A stretch of DNA of 64,000 nucleotides from a virus. The number at the start of each line of letters is the position of its first letter. Position 1 is the stretch's first letter. The notes beneath the pieces are model-generated. The model did no database searches. It worked only from the letters and a program-made list of their open reading frames with translations, and had not been told where the DNA came from. Positions 45,807 through 54,711 of the stretch are shown piece by piece. The stretch lies in IMG/VR virus record IMGVR_UViG_3300020190_000032, positions 1 to 64,000 of that record, one strand, 5' to 3'. Position numbers and translations under genes: made by a program.

Positions 45807-45971
45807 ATGGATAATGAAAAGAAAAGAATTACTGACCCTGCTGAGCGGATGAAGATCTGCAAGCAATGTGAATACCTTACTAGTCAGTTTGCACGGTGTA
45901 AGATATGTGGATGTTTTATGGCAATCAAAACCAAGATTCCCATGACAAAATGCCCAGATGGGCGCTGGTGA
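45807..45971 (+). CDS. Small Cys-rich protein, copy 2 (DUF6171-like; not in ORF track)
   Basis: ERMKICKQC...RCKICGCFM..KT...CPDGRW. Confidence 0.75.
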   Translation: MDNEKKRITDPAERMKICKQCEYLTSQFARCKICGCFMAIKTKIPMTKCPDGRW

Positions 45972-46000
45972 TGGTACACTAGTTCGCATTATTTTTACCA

Positions 46001-47149
46001 ATGTCGGTAACATCTTGGCATCTAATTGCCGAGCTAGCTGTTAAAGCTGGCTGCAAATTTCCTGAGCTAGTTGCCGCACAATGGGCATGCGAATCAGGCT
46101 GGGGCCAGTATCAGTCTGGTAAAAATAATTTTTTTGGTATTAAAGGTCCTGGAACTAAGAAAGAAACTAAGGAGTGGGATGGTGCTAAATTTGTTACCAT
46201 TGTGGATGAATTCAAGGACTATTCGTCTCCAGAAGAATGTGTCAATGACCTTGTCGAAAAATGGTATAAGGATTACAAGGGATATTCCGGCATCAATAAC
46301 GCTCCAAACAGAGAAGAAGCTGCAAGGCAATTAGTGAAGCAGGGGTACGCCACGGATCCTGCGTATAGTTCAAAATTAATAGATATCATGAGTCGTAATG
46401 CTCCTCCCGATCCGAACATGCGGAAACCGACTGAGGAGTATGTAAGGCTTGTTGACGCCGCTAAATATTTCCGTGGTGAAAAGCATCAGATTGAGGCTCT
46501 AGAGGCGCTAGAAGACACATTAACTGAACAACAGAGGGAAGACTTCACAAAGAGCTTCAGAGGCCCTCAGAAGCCTCCTAGGGCGCCCCTACCGGCAAAG
46601 CCTAAATTCCCTTTGGATGTTGTTTATTTTTATCAAAGAGACAGTAAGACGGGTCACGGAGAAAGATCCTGTCAGTCGTCAGCTATTGCCATGGCGATTG
46701 AATACATTGACCCTGAAATCATCTTTGATGATGATGAATACTTAAGAAAAGTCTTCAAGTACGGTGATACCATCTCTCAGCTTGCTCAGAAAAAAGCGCT
46801 TGACAGTCTTGGTATCAAAAACCAATTCAAAATGAATGGCTCTGAGCAAGATTTGATCAATTTATTGAACAAAGGTTATCCTGTTCCCATCGGGATTCTT
46901 CATAAAGGCAGTATTTTTGCCCCGACAGGTGGCGGACATTGGATAACCTTGATTGGCTTTGATGAAAAGCATTTTTATGTTCATGATCCGTTCGGCGAAC
47001 TTGACTTAATTAATGGTGGATATCCAAAGACAGGTCCCACAGATGGTAAGTGCAAAAAATATACACGCACAAACCTGATGAAGCGTTGGCTGATTACCAG
47101 TAAGTCAGATGGCTGGCTTTGGGATTTTTCCGCTAATACAATTAAATGA
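46001..47149 (+). CDS. Endolysin: GH73 glucosaminidase plus C39-like peptidase domain
   Basis: AQWACESGWG, NNFFGIKG and GYATDPAY; C-terminal YQRD...RSCQSS...GGHW...HDPFG. Confidence 0.9.
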   Translation: MSVTSWHLIAELAVKAGCKFPELVAAQWACESGWGQYQSGKNNFFGIKGPGTKKETKEWDGAKFVTIVDEFKDYSSPEECVNDLVEKWYKDYKGYSGINNAPNREEAARQLVKQGYATDPAYSSKLIDIMSRNAPPDPNMRKPTEEYVRLVDAAKYFRGEKHQIEALEALEDTLTEQQREDFTKSFRGPQKPPRAPLPAKPKFPLDVVYFYQRDSKTGHGERSCQSSAIAMAIEYIDPEIIFDDDEYLRKVFKYGDTISQLAQKKALDSLGIKNQFKMNGSEQDLINLLNKGYPVPIGILHKGSIFAPTGGGHWITLIGFDEKHFYVHDPFGELDLINGGYPKTGPTDGKCKKYTRTNLMKRWLITSKSDGWLWDFSANTIK

Positions 47150-47352
47150 CACAAGTAGTACTACCATTTTTGCCAGGATATTACTGGGATGGGAGAACGC
47201 TACGCAGTACAGGCGTAGCGATATATCCCAGTCAACATGTAAGTTTAAAGAATGGTGAGATTATGTATTATGTACGACCTATAGGCTGGGGGTGTTCTTG
47301 TTATATTCGACATCAGGGCATTCTTGATTACATTGCTGGACTGGATTTGTAA
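47146..47352 (+). CDS. Hypothetical protein
   Basis: Start overlaps the endolysin stop region. Confidence 0.45.
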   Translation: MTQVVLPFLPGYYWDGRTLRSTGVAIYPSQHVSLKNGEIMYYVRPIGWGCSCYIRHQGILDYIAGLDL

Positions 47353-47488
47353 TCCAGCAAACAGCGCCATTCTGAGCCCATTCGGCTCTTAGTCTATCAA
47401 TCTCAGAAACTAAGACTTCTTCGCTTCTTGTTATCCCGCAGGAATACCGATTTAAGATAGCAGTTTGCATGATCTCCAAGCAACCCTA

Positions 47489-47869
47489 TCATTCTTCCTG
47501 ATTTATTGCCGGGCCAGTAGCAATTACTTCGTGAAGGTATCGCTCAACATTTTCGACTTCCCAGTCATGTTCGTTGGCGAGAACATTGCCAAGAAGGTTT
47601 AAACTATCTTCATGATCTTCGTTCCATTTGCCTGACTTAAGTGCATCATTTCTGATTTCATTGATACCTAACAGAACATTAAGTTCAGAGATTTCTTCTT
47701 CTTGCTCGCTTATGACCTGCGCATGGCGCATTCTTTCTTTATCAATTAAAGTAAGCACTATCCAGCCAATTTTGCCATTTATAATAATTAAACCTTCTGC
47801 TATACCTTTGATTATTTTAAGTATGAGCAGGTTAGTATGGCTAACAAGGCTGAATAGTGCGTTTTTCAC
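47489..47869 (-). CDS. Hypothetical protein
   Basis: GTGA overlap with the helicase stop. Confidence 0.6.
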   Translation of the reverse strand: MKNALFSLVSHTNLLILKIIKGIAEGLIIINGKIGWIVLTLIDKERMRHAQVISEQEEEISELNVLLGINEIRNDALKSGKWNEDHEDSLNLLGNVLANEHDWEVENVERYLHEVIATGPAINQEE

Positions 47870-49617
47870 ATCAATAATCCCATAGATCGTTTTCGTTGTT
47901 CGATATCACTAATCGTAGTATCTGATTCGATCGAGGTAGTTTCGTAATCGATCCTGATAATGCTTTTTTCATGGAAGCCTTTTATACTTTCAAGGATGTC
48001 CTCACCTTGCTTCCATAGGGCTTGTCTGCCTCTTACTTTAGAGTGCCATACCTCAAGGTCTCTATTTATTTTATCGCCATCAGCTTTAACACGTCTGATT
48101 AGCCATGTTGCATGAGAGACATGCGCCAAAGCGTCAGTTCCGCGAATCTCATTAAGTTGGGGTTCGGCACTGGAAGTTGCATCCATTCCAACACGATTAA
48201 GCTGAGCAAGTACGAATAAATCAATATCCAATTCTTTGGCAGCCGTCATAAGTTTATAGGCTCTGTCTTCAAGCATTGCACTAGGATTACTGGCTGAACC
48301 GCCTTTGTGCCTGGCCAGTGCGTGGAAGTGATCAAGAACAACGGCCCTAAGTTCAGGGTTCTTAGCTTTCATGCTTCTCATCGTGTTTATACATGTGTCT
48401 ACACATGCGCCCCAAGGAGCCTCAATAAGCATTTTGCCACCAACCTCGTCGAGCCTCATTGAGACTTCGGCGACGATTCGTGCAATACGTTCTTGTGCTT
48501 GGGTCGCTCCCGGCAGTTCTAGTTCGCCAACCGTAACATGACCTATTTTGTCTGGGGTTGTTTTTCTCCAGTGGTAAGGAGAAATCAAACTTTTACTGAG
48601 ATTTGCAATCAGACGTGCTTCGATTGCCCGATTTTCAAGTTCAGCAGAAATGAATCCAACCGTCAGACCACCTTTTGCAAGGGATGCGGCCACATGAACG
48701 CCAAGAGCAGTCTTGCCAACGCCAGTCCTTGCTCCGACAACCATTAATCTGCCTGCGCGAGGTGTGTGAGGTCTTGGCGGGGCAACGCCACCTTCAATAT
48801 CAAGGTCAAAAGCGGGAACACCGGTAGAAACTGGTTGATCTTGGATCTTGGCATTCAGAATGTAATCAGCCCAATTGAGACGCCCCGTGCCGGGATCGCC
48901 AATGATTGATTGAACCAAGTCAACAACCTGTCCTTGATTACCAATAGAACCGCTCAGCATTCCAATACCTTCAAGCGTTCTTTCGTGCAAGAACTCCAAG
49001 GCCTTGGAAAGATTGGGGTCTGTTTTTAGGAATTGATTGGAAAGGTAAAGTGTTTCCTTGAATAAACTTGAAACACGTTTTTGCTTAAGAATGTCAAGGG
49101 CCGTATTCCATTCAGACGCAGCATCTCCATAAGCCTCTATCGTTTCCGAGTCTGCAAGTTCAGAAATAGTCTCACAAAAATCAGAAAAAGAAACATTATT
49201 ATTATTTTTTATGATAGATTCATAGCCAGTTATGATGCTATCTTTTGATATTGTTTTACCCGTTCTTTCGCCGATGAAAGTTAAGTCAATCTCTTTTGCA
49301 ATTGCCCTGAAGACCATTGACGACCATAGATTTTCAGGAAGTTCCTGCCCATGGCCAACACCAAAAGCGGTTCTGAGTTGAGACCATAGTTCCCTAGCTA
49401 CACCAGAAACACTGCTGAGAACGCGACTTAAAACAATTGCTTCTTGATTTAATGTGTCTTCACGTTCTGCAATAGTTGTTGGCTGAAGCTTTTCAACCAA
49501 TCTTGCAGATGCCATGACGGTCTCAATAGCAGCTTGATTTGTTCCGCAAATTTTGTCATCTTGTACTTCAAGCAGCCCGAGATCAACTGCTTTCTGGATG
49601 TAAAAGGGAAGTGTCAT
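47866..49617 (-). CDS. dnaB: DnaB-like (SF4) replicative helicase
   Basis: Walker A GARTGVGKT, ISAEL, VVLDHF, LAQLNR. Confidence 0.88.
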   Translation of the reverse strand: MTLPFYIQKAVDLGLLEVQDDKICGTNQAAIETVMASARLVEKLQPTTIAEREDTLNQEAIVLSRVLSSVSGVARELWSQLRTAFGVGHGQELPENLWSSMVFRAIAKEIDLTFIGERTGKTISKDSIITGYESIIKNNNNVSFSDFCETISELADSETIEAYGDAASEWNTALDILKQKRVSSLFKETLYLSNQFLKTDPNLSKALEFLHERTLEGIGMLSGSIGNQGQVVDLVQSIIGDPGTGRLNWADYILNAKIQDQPVSTGVPAFDLDIEGGVAPPRPHTPRAGRLMVVGARTGVGKTALGVHVAASLAKGGLTVGFISAELENRAIEARLIANLSKSLISPYHWRKTTPDKIGHVTVGELELPGATQAQERIARIVAEVSMRLDEVGGKMLIEAPWGACVDTCINTMRSMKAKNPELRAVVLDHFHALARHKGGSASNPSAMLEDRAYKLMTAAKELDIDLFVLAQLNRVGMDATSSAEPQLNEIRGTDALAHVSHATWLIRRVKADGDKINRDLEVWHSKVRGRQALWKQGEDILESIKGFHEKSIIRIDYETTSIESDTTISDIEQRKRSMGLLM

Positions 49618-50624
49618 TGTTGAGACTCGATGAAGACGTTGTTCGATTGCAGTTGCTGATTTATAGTGTCAAGTTCTTCTTGCCAACGTTTAATATCTGC
49701 TTCGTTATTTCGATTGCGGGCTTTTTCATATTCAAACGAAATATATTTATAAGTTCTAATAAGATCCTTCTGCTCTTGGTTTAGTGTGTCGCTCTTATTT
49801 GTAGCCTCGGAATCATCTTGTCCAAGTATAAAAAGATTCTCAACATTTTTTAATTTAGTATCATGCGGATTACCATAACCAAAGACCGCGCTAAAATTTC
49901 TACCACTTTGATCAATTTTGTTTGACCAAAAATCGCTTCTTTCTATACCTTTGCACACATATTCTATTAAGTAACAAACATCTGATTGTTTTTGGCCAAG
50001 ATTTTTAAGATGCTTGTTAATAGCTTCAAGTTGCTTCGACGAAAGTGTACGAATTTTAGAATAACTTTCTGGCTTATGAGAATTCCAGCATTGAATAATG
50101 CTTGCAACTGTTTGCGGCCTTACAGGTTCTTCTTTCTTTAACATTTCTTTTTTGCTACTCGAAGCAGGTTGATCTAATTTCTGTTCTACAGGAAGTGCAA
50201 CAACATTAACCGGCAGTTCATCTTGGTCTGTATAACCGAATTCGAACTTCACGGTAGGTATGAATTCGTCAATAATATTTTTATAGGCCGCATAAGGATC
50301 ATGCATTGTCACGGTGCCATTATCTTCAACGGTGACAAAACCTTCTTCAACAAGTTGCGCTAGGCAACTCCTTCGTGCTTTTGTTGCACATCTCATCATC
50401 TTTTCGCAGTCAGCCCAGGAAATATTTTGAGCAGCGGGGTGAACCGCCGCCAGCCAGAGCCAGAGAAGTCGGGCCTGCTTTGTAAGCCGATTATTAAAAA
50501 CTATTTCATTTAAAGGCGCTCTGACGAAACCACCCTGGTAGTCCCAGGGCCTTGCAACTTTGTTCAGGCGGCCAACAGGCAAGGCGTCGACTTCAGGCAT
50601 TGGTTCGACAGGGATCGCAAGCAC
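49614..50624 (-). CDS. Putative replication initiator (N-terminal winged HTH)
   Basis: LTKQARLLWLWL...LAQLVEEGFV; IIQCWN motif; ATGA-coupled to the helicase. Confidence 0.65.
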   Translation of the reverse strand: MLAIPVEPMPEVDALPVGRLNKVARPWDYQGGFVRAPLNEIVFNNRLTKQARLLWLWLAAVHPAAQNISWADCEKMMRCATKARRSCLAQLVEEGFVTVEDNGTVTMHDPYAAYKNIIDEFIPTVKFEFGYTDQDELPVNVVALPVEQKLDQPASSSKKEMLKKEEPVRPQTVASIIQCWNSHKPESYSKIRTLSSKQLEAINKHLKNLGQKQSDVCYLIEYVCKGIERSDFWSNKIDQSGRNFSAVFGYGNPHDTKLKNVENLFILGQDDSEATNKSDTLNQEQKDLIRTYKYISFEYEKARNRNNEADIKRWQEELDTINQQLQSNNVFIESQQ

Positions 50625-50659
50625 CTTAAGGGGGTAGTCAAGGGGGGTTGTTTAAATAC

Positions 50660-50788
50660 AGGTTGTCTTAAGCAACCTTTGGGGTTTCCTCAGGCTAGGT
50701 TTGGGGTATCCTTAGGCAACCTTTAGGGGTTTCCAAAGACCACCCTACCTTTAATATATATATATAAGATTATTTTAGATTTTTTAAT
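50660..50788. repeat. Iteron-like repeats plus AT-rich tract (candidate origin or divergent operator)
   Basis: CTTAAGCAACCTTTGGGGTTTCC (50667-50689), CTTAGGCAACCTTTAGGGGTTTCC (50711-50734), partial TTTGGGGTATCC, and an alternating AT run at 50754-50766. Confidence 0.6.
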
Positions 50789-51067
50789 ATGGGAAAACGG
50801 GGAAGACCAAAAAGGGAAAAACCGCTGACGGACGAGGAACTGGCACAAAGGAGAGCCCGTTACAACTCAACCCGGAAGCAAGCCCGTAGGCTGGCCTCAC
50901 AGCAGCTCAAGGAGGAGCGACGGGAGTGGGAGGAAGTCGGCTGGATTGTCAGAAAAATGAATCGGGAAGCTGGGTTGAGTCAGGAAAGAATTTGGGAGCT
51001 GCTTGGTGGACTGGTAATTCGAAAGAAAATAAAAAAATGGTGCTCTGATGACTTCTCACCTCGTTAG
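50789..51067 (+). CDS. Putative DNA-binding protein (AT-hook plus HTH-like)
   Basis: KRGRPKR N-terminus; GLSQERIWELLG. Confidence 0.6.
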   Translation: MGKRGRPKREKPLTDEELAQRRARYNSTRKQARRLASQQLKEERREWEEVGWIVRKMNREAGLSQERIWELLGGLVIRKKIKKWCSDDFSPR

Positions 51068-51091
51068 CCTGTTTTCACTCACCTGATACCC

Positions 51092-51793
51092 ATGCCTCAG
51101 GAACTCCCTCAACTGGGTGGCATTGCCACCAAAGATCTGGTCGAACATATTGGTAGTGGCAGCTTTAAAGCTTCATATATCAACTGGAGCCGTACTATGG
51201 AATTGCTCCGTAAACATGCTCCAGGTTGGATGGTGGAGCAAATTTTTATGGAAGATGGCAATTCTTTGCATGCCTCTCCGGTCGGCGCAAAAATTTACTT
51301 AAGGTTTCGCCATCTAGACGGAACAGTTACGACCGCTGTTCCTCAGGCCGTGATGGACCATCGAAATAATTCGATCCCTTACGACAAAATTACTTCTCGT
51401 GACGAGACTGATACGCACAGAAGAGGTTCTTGCCTGTTAGCTGCCTACCAGTTCGGATTGGCTTATGAGCTTTGGGCCAAGATGCCCTTGGAGAATGGCT
51501 ATCAAGTTGCTGATGAGCAGACGATTGAAAAAGCTCGTCAGGGAACTGGTGCCACTTCAGACCCCAAGCCAACTGCTGCTAAGCTTGCGGCTACTCCTGC
51601 GGCAGAGGCAACAGAAGCTGACTTCATTAAGGCTTGTATCGCCAAAGGGCTAAATGAAGAGGCAGCAAAGAGTCTTGTTTCCAAGCTTAAAGGTGACTTC
51701 GGCAACGGAATCAAAACCATTGCAGACAAAGATGAAGTATTTGTATCAAAACTTAATGCCAAATTTCAGGCTAGTCCAGGAGAGGATTATTGA
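51092..51793 (+). CDS. Single-strand annealing protein (Sak/Rad52-like)
   Basis: SYINWS, AVMDHRNNSI and RR..CL.A...FGLAYELW motifs. Confidence 0.75.
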   Translation: MPQELPQLGGIATKDLVEHIGSGSFKASYINWSRTMELLRKHAPGWMVEQIFMEDGNSLHASPVGAKIYLRFRHLDGTVTTAVPQAVMDHRNNSIPYDKITSRDETDTHRRGSCLLAAYQFGLAYELWAKMPLENGYQVADEQTIEKARQGTGATSDPKPTAAKLAATPAAEATEADFIKACIAKGLNEEAAKSLVSKLKGDFGNGIKTIADKDEVFVSKLNAKFQASPGEDY

Positions 51794-51866
51794 TATTGAC
51801 GACATAGCCAAAGAGCTTGCGCTGTTTTTTAATGGCGTTATCGTCAAAACTGAAGAAATCTTTTAG
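51786..51866 (+). CDS. Possible peptide resembling the extreme C-terminus of cyanobacterial DnaX (start uncertain)
   Basis: IDDIAKELALFFNGVIV; SD-like AGGAGAGG at 51778-51785; only ATT codons nearby, or the ATG at 51654. Confidence 0.4.
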   Translation: MIDIDDIAKELALFFNGVIVKTEEIF

Positions 51867-51922
51867 GGGGCTTGACTGCCCCCTTTCTATTGATTATCCT
51901 CTACCTGAATCTTTTTCTTTCC

Positions 51923-52717
51923 ATGGCCGCCGACTGCGACACCGTCAAATTTTGGCTTGATGCTGCGGGTCGCTATCCAGTTCTAAAAACCGATCAAGTT
52001 TTATTGCTTGCTAAGCAGATCCAATCAAATTCTCCCGAGAGTCTTGCGTACAAAAAGGCATTACAAAAACTTGTACGACATAATCTTAAATTGATCCCAA
52101 CGGTTGCTCGTCGGGCAATGAGAAATAAATATGGCAAAAACTTTGGTGGCAGTTACACGGAAGATGTATTTCAGTGTGGCGTTGTTGGATTAATGCGAGC
52201 TGCTCAAAAATTCGATCCAACTCGTGGTTATGCTTTTAGCACTTACGCGGTTGGATGGATTTACCAAGCCATGCAACGTGATCTTTATAACAATATGTCC
52301 CCAATCCGTGTCCCTGAAAATACAATTAGAGAATATTACACAATATTTGTTAAGTCAAATGACAACCTTGCCCTTTCTGACGTAGACCCTAAAAAGATGA
52401 TTCGATACATGGATACGGCAAGTGCAATTCGCTGCAGATCATTGGATACCTATAGGCCCTCAGGGCACGCTGAAGATGGGCTTACAGAAGGCATTGAAGT
52501 CGCGTCCGATGACAGTCCTAAGGGTATTGAGCCTATTGACAAAATCATCGACATGTCTGACTGTTCAGACCTAGCCAAGCAAATGGTCTTGGATTACTAC
52601 CAGGATAATTTGACGATGCTTGAAATTGGTGAAAAAAATGGAGTTTCAAGGGGTCGGGTTTCCAAAATGATTCAAGCATGCCTCAAGGATCTCCGCGAGA
52701 AGTTATCGGCGGTATAA
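51923..52717 (+). CDS. RNA polymerase sigma-70 family factor (RpoD/group-2-like)
   Basis: Region 1.2 AGRYPVL, region 2 LVRHNLKLI and GLMRAAQKFDPTRGYAFSTYAVGWIYQAM, region 4 TMLEIGEKNGVSRGRV. Confidence 0.93.
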   Translation: MAADCDTVKFWLDAAGRYPVLKTDQVLLLAKQIQSNSPESLAYKKALQKLVRHNLKLIPTVARRAMRNKYGKNFGGSYTEDVFQCGVVGLMRAAQKFDPTRGYAFSTYAVGWIYQAMQRDLYNNMSPIRVPENTIREYYTIFVKSNDNLALSDVDPKKMIRYMDTASAIRCRSLDTYRPSGHAEDGLTEGIEVASDDSPKGIEPIDKIIDMSDCSDLAKQMVLDYYQDNLTMLEIGEKNGVSRGRVSKMIQACLKDLREKLSAV

Positions 52718-52747
52718 TTTAAGGTACTCGCCCTTTTGGGTAACGCA

Positions 52748-53104
52748 ATGGCATCTATCGCCCTCGCCGGCAAAGTGGTCGGCAAAAACGGTGAATCCCC
52801 TGTCTCTCTTAAAGAAGGCAAGGATTATACAATTGCTTCCTTTTCCATCAAGGACAGCACTTATTGCTACTTCAAGAATAAGGATGACAATCCCGGTCAG
52901 TTTTATCGCTGTGAGGTTCTCGGCAAGCAGGCAGCCCTGGCTGCAGAGCGCCTGAAGCGTGGAGACCGAGTTGCTGTGTCTGGTCAGCCTGTCTGGCGTG
53001 AATACAATGGCAACAAGTATCTTGATGTAAAGAATTGCCAGATCACCTTCCTGGAGGATCTTGCAAAAACTGGTACAAGCAGTTCTGGTGAAGACTTGTT
53101 CTGA
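52748..53104 (+). CDS. ssb: Single-stranded DNA-binding protein
   Basis: FYRCEVLGKQA...LKRGDRVAVSG; acidic C-terminal EDLF. Confidence 0.88.
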   Translation: MASIALAGKVVGKNGESPVSLKEGKDYTIASFSIKDSTYCYFKNKDDNPGQFYRCEVLGKQAALAAERLKRGDRVAVSGQPVWREYNGNKYLDVKNCQITFLEDLAKTGTSSSGEDLF

Positions 53105-53221
53105 CTGAGGAATTCTGTAAAATTCCTTTGAAGAACTGGTAAACCACATGGTGGGAGCAGCGATTGCTGTTCTCACCATTTTTATTCCATTATCAGTTGT
53201 CTTGTTAGACAGCAAAGGGCC

Positions 53222-53641
53222 ATGCTCACAGCAAAACAACGGTCAATGTTACCTGGTGGACTAGGTCCATTGGTTGATGAAAATCCGTTGTTAACCCATG
53301 CCCATATTAGACCTTACATTATTGCGATTTTATTACATCGTGGTGGTGTTCGTTTCGATGAAATTCTTTCAGCGCTTACTCCGCATGCCGCTCAAATTGA
53401 CTTGAAGGTTGGAGCTTACGGAGAGCTTGATGATTGCGATCCCGATAAATCAAGGCTTGAACTGCTCACTGAAGAAGTGCTTGCGGAAATGCTAATAGAA
53501 CGGCTGATTAGATATAATGACGAAAAAGATCTCTGGGTCCTTTCCAACGGGAAAAAACAAAATAATTTGACAACCATTATTGCATGGGCTTCTGTTACTG
53601 GCGGACAAATTCCACACCATCTTTTAATTGATGTCGATTAA
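53222..53641 (+). CDS. Hypothetical protein
   Basis: 139-aa ORF starting an overlapping run. Confidence 0.65.
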   Translation: MLTAKQRSMLPGGLGPLVDENPLLTHAHIRPYIIAILLHRGGVRFDEILSALTPHAAQIDLKVGAYGELDDCDPDKSRLELLTEEVLAEMLIERLIRYNDEKDLWVLSNGKKQNNLTTIIAWASVTGGQIPHHLLIDVD

Positions 53642-53894
53642 AATGAAAAAACTTGAAGCTAAAATTAAGCAGAAAAAATTACACCTTGAAACTGCAGCAT
53701 GGATGAACAAGCATCCATACCCACTTCCTTTGTTTAGCAAGGGTCAAGAGGTTGAGGTTTACCGAGGAGCAGTTTGGAACCTTGGAACTGTGATTGAAAG
53801 CACAAGTAGGGGCTGTATTGTTAAAATGGAAGAACCTCTAGGCGATATTCGGGTTTACGACGCTCGTTGTATTCGACCGACTGCCAAGCTCTGA
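53628..53894 (+). CDS. Hypothetical SH3/Tudor-like protein
   Basis: FSKGQEVEVY..W..GTVI pattern. Confidence 0.55.
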   Translation: MMSIKMKKLEAKIKQKKLHLETAAWMNKHPYPLPLFSKGQEVEVYRGAVWNLGTVIESTSRGCIVKMEEPLGDIRVYDARCIRPTAKL

Positions 53895-54335
53895 ATGAAA
53901 CGTCAACTGCAAATTGCGTCGGCATGCGACGAGATCAAAACCTTACTGATTGATAAAAATCTTCGCTACGGAGATAGCGCTTTAAATCCAGTTCGAATTT
54001 TTAGCAAATCGGACGCAGTCGAACAAATTCTAGTTCGTATCGACGACAAACTCAGCAGGATTCAACGTGGTGCGGGGCTGATAGCAAGTGATGAAGATGT
54101 TGTCAATGATCTCATTGGCTATCTTATTCTTTTGAAAATTGCTCTTAAGGAAAATATTCAGCCGGAACATGATTCAATCACTGGCAGTTTTTTTACCTCA
54201 AGAAGCGAGTACGATAATATTTTATTACGCAATAACTCTGATTCCATAAATCGTAATGACGTGTGGGACGGAGCTGATATTGACTCTCCATTTGATTTTT
54301 ATATTGATACTATTAATTCACGCAGTCCCGATTAA
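53895..54335 (+). CDS. DUF1599-like nucleotide-modification-associated protein
   Basis: KNLRYGDSA...RIDDKLSRI...DLIGYLIL. Confidence 0.7.
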   Translation: MKRQLQIASACDEIKTLLIDKNLRYGDSALNPVRIFSKSDAVEQILVRIDDKLSRIQRGAGLIASDEDVVNDLIGYLILLKIALKENIQPEHDSITGSFFTSRSEYDNILLRNNSDSINRNDVWDGADIDSPFDFYIDTINSRSPD

Positions 54336-54694
54336 TGGACTACCCGGAAATCATACTGCCTTTGCGTTTAATGTCAAAGGCCAGGCCGAGAGTAACCAGC
54401 ATGGGCACTTATATGCCAAAGCCTTATCAACTTTGGCGTAAAGAATGTGCTGATTTACTAAAAGAAGCTTGGCAAAGGCCTCCATTAGATCATCCTATAG
54501 CGGTAGAGATTGACTGTTATGGGACTGCTCGCGGTGATATTGATAATTATATGGGCGCTCTTTTTGATACTGCGAACGGAATAGTTTGGACAGACGACAG
54601 AGCTTCAATTATTCAACGGGCGACAATCAGTTATTACAAGCGACCGATACTTGAGAGCTGCTGGAAGCTTAGGGTCTCAGACCTGCTAGAATAG
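54335..54694 (+). CDS. rusA: RusA-like Holliday junction resolvase
   Basis: SKARPR and GDIDNY...D...WTDD motifs. Confidence 0.85.
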   Translation: MDYPEIILPLRLMSKARPRVTSMGTYMPKPYQLWRKECADLLKEAWQRPPLDHPIAVEIDCYGTARGDIDNYMGALFDTANGIVWTDDRASIIQRATISYYKRPILESCWKLRVSDLLE

Positions 54695-54711
54695 TCAGAG
54701 TTATCAAATTT

